Positions 1 to 14,974 are shown, counted from the first letter of the stretch. The stretch is DNA of 64,000 nt from Octopus vulgaris (GCA_951406725.2 OX597815.1:104718001-104782000), one strand, 5' to 3'. Notes: generated by a model not told the origin, from the letters alone. Program-made: numbers and translations.

Positions 1-240
1 TTGGATAAAATGCATGAATTGAATAAGAAAGTGAAATAAGTGAAATTAAAACAGAGGAATGACTTACAGGCAAGTATTAAGATTTATTTAGTTAATCAAG
101 CTTGTCTCGACACAGGTATAGATAGAAAAATATTGTAAGCACATTATTTTGGTTTATTATTAGGTTAAAGTTCAAGGATGATGTACTATCAGAATCAGTA
201 GGGAACCGAACTAAATACGTGAGTTATTTAGTATATTTAA

Positions 241-365
241 ATGCCTTACGCTATTTAGTACTGTACTGTTCAGTTCTGAGTTCAAACCTCGTCGTGATCA
301 ATTTGACCTTTCATTCTTTTGGAGTCGATAGAATAATTACCAACCCAGTGCTTGGATTTGTTCGA
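241..365 (+). mobile_element. Degenerate tRNA-derived SINE (MetaSINE-like core)
   Basis: gttctgagttcaaa (B-box-like) followed by cctttcattcttttggagtcgatagaataattacc; same family as the copies at 48.3-50.1 kb. Confidence 0.6.
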
Positions 366-914
366 TTGCACTTCTTATGGGCGTGGTCTTGAATGATGCC
401 AGTGAACATCATCAAGGCAACTGTTGAATTGTCGCGAGAAATTGGAAATCCAAGGTTTAAATAAAATTAGAAAGAGAGAGCAAATGGAGCTTGATATTTA
501 AAGTAAATGGGTCTTGCATTGGTTTTAACATTAAGAGTTCTAGGTCCGAGTATTTCGAAGATAGACGTTCCAAGCGTGATGCAATATGTGACATAACTAC
601 CTCATAGAATTACATAAACTTGGCTTTTCCATAGTTTCCGTCAGCTTAATTTACTTCCAGGGCTTACTTTAAACCCGGTGCTTTAGTGGAATATATTAAT
701 TTTAAAGAAACTGTCATGTAAGAATTCCCAATCTTGTGAATGCAAGCAGAGTAAATATAAAGGTCTGCAACATTCCTGGTTACTAGCAGGATCAAAGTCT
801 TCCTGGCGGTTTTCTGATAATCACTCTGATAATCACATCTGTCTGTCTGCCTTCTTGCCATGCTGCCTACCTGCCTGCCTGTCTCTCACTCTCTCCCCCC
901 CCTCTCTCTCTCTC

Positions 915-966
915 TATGTATGTATGTATGTATGTATGTATGTATGTATGTATGTATGTATGTATG

Positions 967-1008
<42 letters not shown>

Positions 1009-1035
1009 CCTACCTATCTATCTATCTATCTATCT
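915..1035. repeat. Compound (TATG)n(TATC)n microsatellite
   Basis: Directly visible. Confidence 0.95.
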
Positions 1036-2919
1036 AATACATAATATCTACAGTTGAAGTAGGATATCGAAGACTATATTTCACAGTCATTTTAGAAGTT
1101 GGTCTTCGTCCTACTGTTAAACTTTAGCAATAAGTCTATAGCTACCATAAGAAAAAAAAGTAAAAAACAAAAAAACAAAAACAGAATCGATGCAGTTTGC
1201 TTTAATTTTCTTAATAACAAATGCTTCCTTTATTGTTCTACGTTTTGCATTTTAATAATACGATTTTTGATAATATTTTAGAATACAGAAAATACACGAG
1301 TAAGAGGGTATTAGATTCAGCTTTCTAATCATGCTGAGCTGTGTTATGTTGTATTGCTCTGGCATGTATTTGTGCCAGCTGAGGCATGTATAATTGTGTT
1401 ATTTAGTGTAGTTGTGGCATGTAGTGTAACTGCAATAGTGTTTGTCATATAGCCTAGCTGTGGCATATTCTATCATGTAGTGTAGTTGTATAGTGTAGTT
1501 GTGACATGTAATGTTTTATGTACTGTAGTTGAGGAAATGTATTACTGCAAGGTAATGAGGTTTAAAGCAGTTTGACAATTCTAAAACTATTAACACATTA
1601 ATTAATGCAGTAGATAAGACATGTCTGCACGAGAATACTTGATAATAGATTGTCAAGCAATAGTGCATTACTAGGTAGTCATATTATCGTTTTTAGAAGA
1701 CGCTGGCAGGTTTCGAACTAATGAACGTGGAACGTAGACAATGAGGAAAAGCATGTAGTTAATACATCTTCCAACTTCATTATCTTACAACCCGTGATGA
1801 TAAAAATTATTAAAAAAAAAACATCTATTAGCAATTGAACAGTTATCTAATAACGAAGACAATTGACTGACATTACAGTTAATTACTTCAGTACCCTGAA
1901 TAGAAGTCGAATACATAATGGAATAAAACTTATATTTTGTAATTAAGAGACTGTCTGAGAAGCAATGAAATGACCAGAATATAGAGAGAACAAGACGAAG
2001 TACAATGACCAACTTTCTGTGACAGACTGAGCTTGATATAGACACATTTCTAAATGTCTTGTTACCGATGAAAAAAGAAAAGAAGAAAATCAAGAAAACA
2101 AAATTAGAAAAGAAACTTAACTCTGCCATATTAATGGCAGAAGCAGTAACTGGAAATGGAGAGCAGAATAAAACTAAAGAAGAGGCAGTGTAGAAGCAGG
2201 AATAGTCGTAATTGCTATGGTTGGAACAGCAGTATTGCTAAGAGCAGTAATAAAAGTGGTGTTAGTAGTAGTTCTGGCATGATAATTGTTTGTAGTTACA
2301 GCAATAGTGATGCTGTTTTCTACAAAGCGGAAGTATGTTATACACTGTGAATACCAACGAAATGACAAGCAAAAGCTGAGATACATTTCTTTACGTACAC
2401 TACACTATCAAAACTGTAATGTCAATACACTGTCATTGGTTTATTAACAACTATGTTGCAAGCATTGTAGTAAATATCCTATGTGAAATGCATAGAAATC
2501 GCCTTCTGTGAACTATCAGAATATATTAGAATTAAAACAAACCATTTTTAATACAATAACCAAGAGAACAAATGAGGTTTCCGAGCAACTTATGTCCAAC
2601 AGTAATTTATTGTTTGTCCTACTGCTGTTGCCTATTCTAACTCTTGTCAAAAGAATCTTATTCAACTTTTCAATCTTCCTACTCACCACCATTCCAACAT
2701 CTTGGTTTTTTAAGTAGAACTCCTTAAATACTAGGCCTCTATATTTTCGTGTATTTTGCTTCAAATTCTACTCTGCATTCATGCAACAAATCCTTCCTAA
2801 ACACTCTTTCGTGATTTCGCCTCACGTACTCTCACGTGCACTGATCAATCAAGCATTCCTTCCGTTTTCCAAACAATAAAGTGATCTATCAAATCGATGT
2901 ATCTACCATCGTCTTCAAG

Positions 2920-3092
2920 CAGCTGTTGTTTAGTCCCGAGAGAGCATAGCTTTCAAATGTCTTCCATTCGTGTCTATAATATCTTAATCTCTAACATTGT
3001 CTATCCGGTTTCACCTGCAATATACTCTGTTTAGGGGTATTTAGCTGCTATTACAATCCGGTTGGGCAGCTACATAGAAACACCCTCAGTGA
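2920..3092 (-). mobile_element. Old SINE-like repeat (related copies near 28468-28650 minus and 45905-46095 plus)
   Basis: Shared motifs tt(a/c)gctgctat...gcagctacatag and a ttgttt/aacaac end across three diverged copies. Confidence 0.4.
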
Positions 3093-3973
3093 ATCGTCCA
3101 CAAAAATGTTTTGGAACTGGTGCCTATATTTATAACATACTTTAACTCTCTTTTCATTAAGCATACTTAACTGTAGTAGGGAAACAAGCAAGTCTTCTAT
3201 CACTCTCGCTCCCAAATAAAACAAATATACTTTGCCAACTATCTGTCAAAAATTATCATCTGAAAAATCTCTATGGTCAAGGAAACAATTATAGGCATTT
3301 CTTCATTTGAAAGGTATTTCCTTTACTTTATACTACAAAAATAATGCCTACAAATTCAGTCTGACTGAAGATACCTTTTACTAAGTTAGATAATAAACAG
3401 TTTCAGAATAAAGCGCCCAACTCTTATTACCAGAATGTGTGACGTTGTTTCAATGTTAGAAATACTTGGCTATCAGAATGCATTTCATTATGAATCGTAC
3501 AAGTTTATAAGTTTGCATCATAATCTTCTGTCAAAGCTGCCCAACCATAGACTTCAGTCATAAATAATAACCTGAATTTGGACCTTTCTGTAATGCTTAC
3601 CAGGTTCGATGAGATTCAATGACTAGTTATCTTTTCAAAGATTTCTTTCAACTAAGCAAGCGATTCGCTATTATTTCAACTGAAGCAAATTCCAATACAA
3701 ACTAGCACTTTAGTTTCCCCTGTTCTTACTAAAGGTTTCACCACATTCAAATTCGACAGTTTCACGGATGGGCAAAATACCATAAACGGAGTCAACCGTC
3801 ATCATACAAAGTAGATTCTATAACATCAAACAACACCACTAAACACTATCTCACTCGTGCTATTCATATTTCTTTAAAAATAGTAGCCTTGATTATTATT
3901 GCAAACAACATTCAGAATAAACCAACATAAAGCACGTAGTCACCTTTGAATCACACGCACACCCACAAATACA

Positions 3974-4029
<56 letters not shown>

Positions 4030-4531
4030 TAGAGTTTTCACTGCTAAAAATCATTCGAACTCTGAAAAGTATTTCCTTCATACAAAATATTTTACTCTAT
4101 TGGAACAATACTACAATTCACACACTTTTCTAGATCATACCAGACTGGAACTCACCTTTTGAATAAACTTTTATTCACGAACACTCATCAACCACAAACC
4201 AAAACTAACTTATCTCCACTATTTGTCTCTTTTACTGCTGCTACTACAATGATCTGTTCCTCTCGATTTGCTTTTTGTAAACAATATAGCTTTATATAGC
4301 TCACTGTAGGTGCTTCAAACTATATAGAACCCGTATCAAGCACTATTTCAAAAGATACCTCTTTACAATTTCATCTTTCTTAAACATTCCCCCTCTCTGT
4401 ATGCTTCCTTAGAAAAATGGAAACCATATAATGAATTTAAACTCTTTCCTTAAACGACATTTCTTTCCTTGCCGGGAAGAATGAGACTTTAGAAAGTCTA
4501 TGGTCACACTGTCTTTCATCATAGACTAAAT

Positions 4532-4901
4532 CAGCGGTGTTCACCCTCTAGTGGTCCATGTAAGATTGTCGGTGAGGGTCTACACAAACAAAATAGTAAA
4601 TTGAGAATCCACAGTAGTATTTTAAGGGTTGATGAAATAATTTTGAGATGTATTCATTGCAAGAAACAGCTACGTTTCTTTCACTAACGTTTTACATAGC
4701 TTAACATGTTTCCGGCAACTGAAATATGTTATCTCAGTGAGTGCTATTGCAAATCTACGCAAGTGAACATGTGACAAAGCAGGAATTTTGAAGAAAATAT
4801 TTATTAAACTAGTTATAAAACATCGAATGGCTATGGTGGTCCACCAGAATAAAATAGATATCAAAGGGGTCCATAGGTGAAAAACTGGTTGAGAACCACT
4901 G
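4532..4901. mobile_element. Non-autonomous hAT (Charlie-like) MITE
   Basis: Termini cagcggtgttcacc...ggttgagaaccactg (CAGTGG-type TIR), flanked by a near-identical 8-bp TSD gactaaat/ggctaaat. Confidence 0.8.
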
Positions 4902-5433
4902 GGCTAAATCATTAAATCATTAAAATACATCTATTTATTGAAACATTACATGTGGTTGTATGTATTCATATAAGTACGTATATGAGTGTGTTTGAGTATG
5001 CATGCATATGTATTTCTGTGTGTGTATGTGTATGTTAATCTTTTGATTAAAAAAATTGGTTTGCTAATGTTTACAAGTATCAATGTATATTGACTTAGAT
5101 ATTAATGAAAAATGTCAGTCACAGCCAAACTACTACGCCTAACGACATTAGAAATATATTTATTTTAACTTTACTTGACATACAGTTTTAGTGAAATGAT
5201 TACTTAATGAAAGTCTTATAAAAAAACTAAGATTGACGTCCAGATCGAAATGATTAACTGATATATTATCAATAGTTAACATGGCGAGATTGATCTTTCT
5301 AGTAGCTTTCAACACAGGAAATGCACCTGACACACCGTGACAGCAAGCTGTCATAGTTATACAACAAATCTTAGTTTTCTTCACACACGATCGCGTGCGC
5401 GTACACACATATATATGCACATATACATATGTA

Positions 5434-5464
<31 letters not shown>

Positions 5465-5543
5465 CTTTTTTGACATCTATTACCCGTCTATTATATCTCC
5501 CTTCTCAATACATTATCAGTCACCACCACGTTTGTCATCATCT

Positions 5544-5619
<76 letters not shown>

Positions 5620-7026
5620 CTATCACGCTGTTATTAGAGTCATTGTTATTATTATTAGAGTCGTTGTTATTACATAGTGTCTTTTCTTCGAATTCTTATC
5701 CCCCACTTTCTGTTTAAAGCAATCAGTGTGTGTACATAGTTCTATGTCAATAAATGTGTGCGTATGCGTGTGCGTGTGTGCGTGTGCGCGTGTGTGTGAA
5801 ATGAAAGGTCAGCGTTGTTTTCAAACACCCCAAGAAAAAAAAAATCTTTATTAATACTTTCCACTATCTCCTCCCCGCTGGCACTTCTTCCCCTTTTGTT
5901 TACGTCTTCTTCCTAGCTCACCCAGTCGATCCCCTCTGAATATAAATCATCTTTGTTGAGAATATTTGAGATGACATCTATTGGAAATCTATTGCAGGAA
6001 AATGAAGACTAAAAAAAAAATAATTGTCGAAATGTGACAAGACTGTGACAACACGTGACAAAAGTATTTATTGAAAACCTCTTCTTTATAAAGAAATTAA
6101 TCTTATAAAGGAGAGCGGAAAGAAATTCACAATAAATGATCATTTTTCTCTCAATCTTTCCTAAACAACAATATGTCACATTATATTTTCTCATACAACA
6201 TATATATGAACATACAAGGCAGTATTGATTACCTTTATGGAAAAACAAATTCATTTTTTGCTTTTACAACTTTCCTACAGTGACGAAAATATTCAGTGTC
6301 AGTTACATTCATTTAAGTTTCGAATGGTTACCATTACCCTTTCAGGTAGTCTGTACCTTGTTTTAATTGCTGCTTCCTATATTAGTTAGTATTTTTTGCG
6401 ATAATCAACGATAAGTTGAATATTAAATTTAAAAGCAAAATCAAAGGTAATCAAATACATGCTCATCCTACGAGATTTTCTTCGATGTTTTGCAATAGAA
6501 ATATTTTGTCATGTCACTTAAAGACATTTGATTACTCTAAGATCACTAATTTATTGGGCGCTCTTCTTTATTTATAAATCACTTTTTGCTATATAGTCCT
6601 TCAAGTCAAAACTACTTTTTGATCAATGAGAACTAGAATTACAAATCTTTCTCAAACCAGATACCCTATTACCTGAAAAATGGAAATATACATTATTATA
6701 ATAGTTTTTTTTTAAGATCCTTCCCTCAATGTGGTACTCCTCTTAATCCATCATTTCAGAATATAATTAATAAAAGTAGATTTCGGTTTTCACAATCCAA
6801 CAACTCAGATTGATAACGAACTAAAAAAATACACGGCCATATCTATTTTAGCGAGAGTTGGTTAATGTTAACATGAATATTTCAGGTGTCAAATACACAA
6901 GTGGAAATACATTTATCTGTCATTAACGACATTTTAGCCGAGAGACACGTTATGAAAAGTGATTACGTACGAACGTAGAGGGAAATTAAGCATACATATA
7001 TACATATGTATAAACATGCATATACG

Positions 7027-7067
<41 letters not shown>

Positions 7068-7253
7068 TTACATATATATTTACATACATACATATATACA
7101 CACATATATATATACATACGTATATACACACATGTATCCATACATATATATATTTATATACATACATATATATATATATATACGTACATATATATATATA
7201 CATATATATACATATACATATATATATAAATCCATATATATATACATATACAT

Positions 7254-7288
<35 letters not shown>

Positions 7289-7417
7289 CTTATACATACT
7301 TGCATACATACATATATATATATATTCCTCCTTCTTCCCTTTTTTCCTGAGCGTCCAATAATACTTTATTTGTTCCACGTCCTTGCGTTGTTGTGTTTTT
7401 TGTTTTCTTGTTTGGAT

Positions 7418-7473
<56 letters not shown>

Positions 7474-7994
7474 TACACAGTATACATACATGTATATATA
7501 TACAAGGACGCATATGTTGTAAATAATTTAATTGTATATGTCTACTTTTAACAACAATACTTAGCTTCCTGACATCGTTAATTAATAAGCGTCTCCAGCG
7601 AATGTACTGACTGATATGCAATAAATCTGATGAGTTACAAGCACTGTAGATCATCAGAATTTTCCTAAGTCGTTGTAAGCTGGCTGCTTGACTCTTTCTG
7701 TCGAGATAGGAAAACACTCTTGAAGAGCCAGTTATGATCTGCAGAAACTAGTCAAGTTGTTCTTCAATCTATTTTGCAAAGCGAGAATTATGGTTTCAGT
7801 TCGTGATTTATTTGAAAAGGGTGGGAAAATGTATAGTTGAGCATATAAATTCCTCTATAACTTATCTTGATATAAGCTGTCTCAGTACTTTAGTTAATAA
7901 ATGCATAAGTGAGTGTGTGTGTGTGTGTATGTGTGTATGTGAATGGATATGTAGTATGTTTATTTATCTATATATCTACCTTCTACCTACTTTC

Positions 7995-8092
<98 letters not shown>

Positions 8093-8368
8093 CTCATCTA
8101 CTTTCCTATCTATCTATTTATCTACCTACCTACCAACCAACCTACCTACCTACCTACATACCTACCTACACCCTCCTCCCTCCCTACCTACCCCCTCATC
8201 CCTCCCTACCTACCTCCCTACCTCCCTACCTACCTACCTACCTACCCGTCTGTCTGTCTGTTTCATAGACATCTGCTATATATGATCTTTTGCTATTTAC
8301 TGGCAGTTTTCGGTCATTGTTGGGACATCTTTCGTCTCTTTCCAATGTATACTTAGTTTTTAACATAG

Positions 8369-8682
8369 TACGATGGCTGGTTGAAAAGTTCAGCGGGGTG
8401 CTTATGAAGGAGTGCTGCTAGAGCTGTGAATTCTTGCATACATTACTTTCAGTTAATCATTTTAATAACAGTATTGTTTCTTTCCAGGTAAACCGACACT
8501 TGATTATTCAAAGAAGACCTCTTCAAAATCGACAAAATTTGACATCGTGGTGTTATCAAGTACCGTGAGAGTTGAGAATATTCTGCACAATGAACTTGGC
8601 ATGACGAATCCTTCTGTCTAGTGGGTGTCATGTCCTCTGATACCTGATCAAAAGCGTACCAGGTTGATCATATCATGGAAAA
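8369..8682 (+). mobile_element. Mariner/Tc1 transposon remnant (left end and deleted N-terminal transposase)
   Basis: Starts at TA with tacgatggctggttgaaaagttc (mariner-type TIR). Encodes DKI*HRGVIKY and RVENILHNELGMTNPSV*WVSCPLIPDQKRTR, a degenerate WVPRLL..DQK.R motif. Truncated by the adjacent Penelope-like element. Confidence 0.75.
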
Positions 8683-8685
8683 ATA

Positions 8686-9945
8686 CTAGTTTAACGCTAG
8701 GGAAAGTGAGAAAGTCTTTTACGTTTCGAGCCTACGCTCTTCAACAGAAAGGAACACGAGAAAATAAACGGAGAGAGAATAAAAAGAAAGCTTTAGTAGC
8801 TAGCAGTCAATCATGGTGATGGCCGGACAGAGGTGGTCAGACAGGAGAGCTAGGAAGAAGGGGAGATAATAAAGTAGTGGTGATCTCAAAACGAAGGTGC
8901 GCCTGCGTGTGTATGTGAATGTGTGTGTGCGTCTGGACAGGGGCTGGTGGCCTTGACGTGTGGGAGTGTGCATGTGTAGGTGTGTGGATGATGGTGTGGG
9001 TGCTAGAAAGTGGTCAGTGTGGTGCGGTGTTGTGGGGTGTGGGGTGGTGGTGTTGGTGTGTGGGGGATGCTAGGGTGGGGAGATGCAAGTGTGGGGCGTG
9101 GGTTGGGGTTAGAGTATTGGCTGGAGCGAGGGTGTGGGATAGGGTGGGCATATGGGAGTGGGGCGTGTTGAAGGAGAAGAGGGGAAGGTTGGGGAAGATG
9201 TGCGAAGTGGAGGGGTCGAACTGGAGTCGCCGGAAGGCTCGGAGTATGGTGCGTTGGAGGGGTGGTAGGTGAGGGGAAACGGGAGACAGGTGACAGCGAG
9301 GCAGGTGCGGGGAAAGAAAGCAGATGCACGGTCCACGGAACCAGTTCTGGTAAGGGCGGTGTGGATAGCGGTGATGGGATATCCGCGAAGGATGAAGTAG
9401 CAAGCCATGACTTGAGACTGAGTCTCAAAGTCATGGTTGTCACTCCAGAGCCTGCGCAGACGGAAGATTTGGGAGTAGGGGATGGAGAGTTTGGTGTGGG
9501 TAGGGTGGAAGGAGAAAAAGTTGAGGTATGAGTGTGAGTCGGTGTGTTTGTTTGTAGTGGATGGAAGTGGTGAGAGTGGTGTGATGAACGCTGACCGAAA
9601 TGTCGAGAAAGGCGATGGAAGTGTTGGAAATAGTGCAGGAGGATTCGAGGGCAAGATGGAAAGATTTGACAAAACAAAGGAAGGAGTCTAGTTATTCGCG
9701 GGAGAGCGAGTCGCACCAATACAGTCGTCAATATAACGGCCGTATTGTTCGGGAGTGAGAGCAGTGAATCTTGAGAATATTTGGGCCTCAATGTAGCCAA
9801 CGAACAAATTCGCATACTTGGGGCCCATTCTTGTCCCCATAGCCACTCCCGAGAACTGTTGGTAATAATCACCCGCGAACGAGAGAACAAGTTCGGCCAG
9901 ACGAAGAAGTGTGGGTTTGTCAGATTAGGGGTTAACCTCGTAGCT
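8686..9945 (-). mobile_element. 5'-truncated Penelope-like retroelement (RT C-terminal half plus 3' pLTR with a hammerhead-like motif)
   Basis: Minus-strand frames give TLLRLAELVLSFAGDYYQQFSGVAMGTRMGPKYANLFVGYIE, GRYIDDCIG, TDSHSYL..HPTHTKLSIPYSQIFRLRRL..F..RGYP and PLTYHP, typical of PLE RT/thumb. Frameshifted. The terminal ~130 bp matches the dispersed elements at 20.6, 42.3 and 47.3 kb. Confidence 0.88.
8714..8752 (-). ncRNA. Small hammerhead-ribozyme-like motif (family A) in the PLE terminal repeat
   Basis: Minus strand: CUUU-CUGUUGA-A-GAGC GUAG GCUC-GAAA-CG-UA/AAAG. Stem I CUUU/AAAG, 4-bp stem II, palindromic ACGU stem III. Confidence 0.6.
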
Positions 9946-10072
9946 TGCATTTCAAAGCTCCTTTACGGCTATCTGCTACCATACGCCATCAAACAGCAGG
10001 AATATTCCTTTTATTCGACATGTATATGGAAATCTGTTAGTGTAGGCAAAATTCATATAAAACATCATTAAA

Positions 10073-10354
10073 ACAATTGTTTCTGTGCATTATTAACAGT
10101 GTAAATTGCCGAGTTTTCTATATTATGCATATTATTACATAAATATTAAATAAATGCGATCCATCAGTAGCTACGTACTCGCACATCATCAGGTGAGTGG
10201 CTTTGAGAGCACTAAAGCTAATCACCTGGTGACCTGTGAGGACACAGCTATCGCTGGATCATAGTTATATAATATTCATAGTTATATATATTCAGATGCA
10301 TAATATAGAAAAATCAGCAACTAACAGTGGTTACTAATGCACAGAAACAGTTGT
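10073..10354. repeat. Imperfect ~280-bp foldback (MITE-like) palindrome
   Basis: acaattgtttctgtgcattattaac pairs with gttactaatgcacagaaacagttgt; ttttctatattatgcat with atgcataatatagaaaa; catcaggtga..gcttt with aaagc..tcacctggtg. Centre near 10208. Confidence 0.75.
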
Positions 10355-10467
10355 GTGATTTGTGAGTAAAGCCTGTTCATTCCATCTTCTTATTTTATAA
10401 GTTTATACACACACATATATACACACACACACAACATGCAAACAGCCACCTAACTACCTGTCAGTTC

Positions 10468-10538
<71 letters not shown>

Positions 10539-12080
10539 GATCGATCGATCGATCTGTCTGTCTGTCTATCTATTGAGTTCTGAATATGTGTAAGTACATA
10601 TCTGTAAATATGTATAGTGTGTGTGTGTATGTCTGTTTGCATGTGTTTGTGCGTGTGTGTATATTTGTGCGTGTATTATGTATGTGTATGTCTACGGGTG
10701 TATGTATGTATAGTTTGTGTTTACATAGAGTCAGAATACTCAATGCATGTAACTGAGCGAAATCCGTTTGTAATAATACATCTGTGACTCGGAATATCAT
10801 TCCCAAAATTGCTAAATAATCATCGCCCAGTTACTTTAATATTAGCAAAATATATGGATTGTCATTTTATGCCTTCAAACTTTGTAGCATTGTATTATAT
10901 ATTTCAAAAAACGGTAAGGGCATAATTCATTGCAAATATGGTAAGGGGTGAGATTGTTACATTTGATTGTTACATATACTAAATGAAATAAAAAGGTCAA
11001 ATGTTACTCGTGTTTATTTTTCTATAGTTATTTTACTGTTCTTTTCTATATCTGTATATATGTATATATAGAGGGAAATGAGAGAGTATGTGATAAGGTG
11101 AGAGAGAGAGCAATTAAAGTTTTGTTATGTAATTTATTCAAAAGAAATACTCGAATTTTAATTGAGAATGCTTGTGACTACTTAAATAGCAATTTTACTA
11201 TACCATTAACCATCTTACAACTGATGTCTCTAATTTAAATTTGTACTACTTATTTACTATATGAAGCGATAATGATGATAATGATGATAGTGGTGAGGTG
11301 ATTGTGGAGGTGTTGGTGTCAGGGGTAAAATGATGTTGTTGGTTTTGTAGTCATCGTCATTTTCGTTTTTATGACGTTGGTATTGATAGTAGTACTGGTA
11401 GTGATGGTGATGGTGTTTAAAAGTGGCAGTGGTGATGGCAGTGGTGATGGCAGTGGTGATACCAGTTCTGTTATTGCTGATAATGAAGGCATTGTGGTGA
11501 CTGGATGGTGATGGTAATTGTGATGGGTTGGCGGTAGTGGTGGTTCGGGAGTATCCTGTCACCTTAGTGATTAGCTATGTTATTACATTCCTCAATTTCA
11601 AAACAGTTTTGTGAGATGATCAGTATTCATAGTAAGAATTGATTAGTAAATGATGTTCTTCTATCTAATTGATTTATGAGATGCTAATGTACCTTCTGCT
11701 TTGAAACTGTTCCTCTACTTTTCTTTGATTTTAGTTGTTTCCTTTATTAATTTTCATTAATATCATTTTCTTTATGTTTTGACAAACAGATTTACACACA
11801 TGTGTCTATTCATGTATAGAAACGCGTGTTTGAGTTAGGACATAGAATATTTGTCTATCTATATATATCTGTGTGTGTGTTTGTGTGTGTACTTATTGAG
11901 TATATATATATATATATACATGCATATATACATACATACATATGTATACATATATACACATATACACAAATAAATACACACAAATCTACACACATACACA
12001 CATACGCACACACACATGAATGCATATTTATGTATACATTATGAAGGTTTGCATGTGTATACGTACAGTGTATATGTATG

Positions 12081-12130
<50 letters not shown>

Positions 12131-12148
12131 TATGATGCATCTACACAC

Positions 12149-12190
<42 letters not shown>

Positions 12191-13869
12191 ACACATATAT
12201 ACACACATTCAAACATACATACACACATATATACACATTCATGCATACACACATTAATATATTTAAGCACATACATACGATAAACACATATATGTACATA
12301 CATATGACACATATATATTTGACTTCGAATTATATTTTTCAAACCTAAACATAGAATACTAATAGGGACATGTAAAAAACACCAATAGAATAGATTATAA
12401 AAGAATTCAGTCATTTCTTCAATTACGTATGTTTGATTAAAAACAATGCATAACCTTCTGGCAATGGCGAGACAGAGAAAAAGGCAGTTCACTTAGTTAG
12501 GTATAAAGGTTGCACCATTTCTGAGCAGCCACCTATAAGTCTCCGTGTCATAAGTTACTTATCGTTGCCACCTACGTCGCTCTGAGCGTTTCCATTGGCA
12601 ATGACATCTTCAATATTCACTGTTTGACTTCGTAAAACCAATACTGAATTTCTGAAACTAGTGGCGGTCACTAGCAACAAGGTCCTGCTGTTAATGAAAC
12701 AGCTGCACTTAGTGGTCACAAAGATCATTCACGAAAATCGAAGTCAGAGAATTACTGGCAATACTTAACGTTTCACATGCGAAAAGGAACTCTGTAAAAA
12801 TAACAAAAATAATCTAAAAAGTCTAAATTATCAGCAGTTAAAACATCTTCATAGAATTTTTAAAAAACCCATAGATACTGAACACAAATTATTTAAAATT
12901 ATACTCAACTCAGACCAGACTGACTCTATCTAGAATGGTGTTATATCATACATAAATCTTATCACGAATGATGTTAGTAAATCAATACTTAGCGATACTA
13001 CACTAACAGTGTACACTTTCAAAATAAAAAATTAACACGAAGCTCATCTATACTATAGTAAAGGAAACAGCTTACTAATTACGTTATGAATATGTAATTT
13101 TTATTAAAAGAAAGCAATTGTTAAAGTCTACAAAATCTAGAAAATTATTAAAATTCCAATTTTAATATACTGTTATTATCAAAATGTGGTTATTTTATTA
13201 TTGGAGATTTCAACTGCACGATTTAATCAAAAAGCTAATTTAAATCACTGCGGGATAGTCAGTAATTTTTAACATCTTACACAGTCAGTGCTTTGTAAGG
13301 TCTTACTCCTTTCCCTCTTTGTATCTCTTTTTTTCTCTCACACTTCATTTGTATTCCCTTCTCTGTTATTTTATTTCAAAATTACATAGAAATTTCATTC
13401 CGTTAAAGATAAATGTGTAAACCTTGATCCTTTGAATATTAAAAGCCTTGAATTATTTTCTGTGCAAACGTCGACCTCGCATTTATTCTTAGATAATGTA
13501 TTGATTTAATTTGATGTAATGATTACAAGTAGCATCCCTCAGGCTGTTTTCTGCTAGTTAATATAATAAACATTGGACACAAGCATCACTGTGTAGTTAT
13601 AAGGTTCACTTTGTAAGCGCATAGCTCCTGCTTCTGTCTCACTGCAAAGTATTTTGGACAAATGTCTTCTACTGTTGTGCCTTGTGAGTGAATTTCGAAG
13701 ACTGAAACTGGTGCAAACTGTGTTTGACAGCAAAGGCCAATATAATAAGCATCAGTTTTAAAAAATAATACTGGAATCGATGTGATCGACTCAGATTTTT
13801 ACGCTGTGTCCTAGCATTCTCACCAGAAGGTGTCCTACTCTCGCACAACACTAGTTATGCATGAGAAAT

Positions 13870-14950
13870 AATAGACCTTCCATTGAATCTGGAAGCTGAA
13901 CCAAATTGCAATAATTCTAAAGCCCGACAAAACATAAGTAACATCAGGCAGGTCATTCACCTTCTTAAGCACACTTTTGAATAGTTTAGAAAGGTTAAGT
14001 CGTGACGGCATTAATCCATATATCGCCCTCTCTTTGTCACAACATGGATTCAGATCACTAGTGACAAAACCTAACGCAGATTATACATGTTGGCTATAAG
14101 CATGTAACATTTCGATTACTTTTAACATGAGTAAAGCTCTTGACTCCATAGCTCACTATCCAGTTATACTAAAAATATACTGAAGGCCATGAAAGAAAAC
14201 AACACTTGCATAAGCGCAATTTTTTGAATGGAGACCATATAGATTCGTCCTCTCACCCACTCATTTCAACCTATACCTATATCACCTTACCACATCTCCA
14301 CAGAACATGCAGAGAACCAGCCTCAGACGCAGACGTGATGACATTTATATCCTCTCAGCATTCTTCAGGTACTGTTGCACATCTACTTCAACCCTATTAA
14401 ATCACTAAAAAAATTTGTCCACAACAGGTCATGTCAATCCAATGCTTTTCTTCTTACTAATAATGCTAGAGAATATCAAATACAGCTAACCGCCACATTC
14501 AACTACATATCATACAAAGCTAAAGACGAAAATAAGTTGCATTTACCTCTTTCACATTCACAATAAATATTGGCGACAGTAGAGACGGCAAAAGAACACA
14601 CAAACAGGCTTAGAGCAATCAGTGATAGCATATATATTCAATAGAAACATACATCAATAGTGTAAAAAACAAACAAAAGAAACAGCGCACGACTTATCAT
14701 AAGAAGCTGAACACAGATCATACCTCTAGACCACCAATGCAACGAAAAAAAACCCCACTACAAATGAAAGACACGCGCGTGTCACAATAATCCATTTTAC
14801 TCCAAGAAAAACTGTCTCCAAACACCAAGAAACATACAAGAACTTTCTAAACACACCATCTCTCCCACTAAGCACAAGCAAAGAAAAATTGATACACATA
14901 GAAATAACCAATATCAATAGCCTCACTGGCTTTACGCACTGTACTGGAGT
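13870..14950 (+). mobile_element. Highly degenerate non-LTR RT fragment (I/Jockey-like)
   Basis: Eroded motifs in order: WK..IAIILKPDK, LLSTL..LER, LSQHGFR, MSKALDS, VPQ-like. Many indels. Confidence 0.55.
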
Positions 14951-14974
14951 CAACACTACTGGGTGTGGGGAGGC

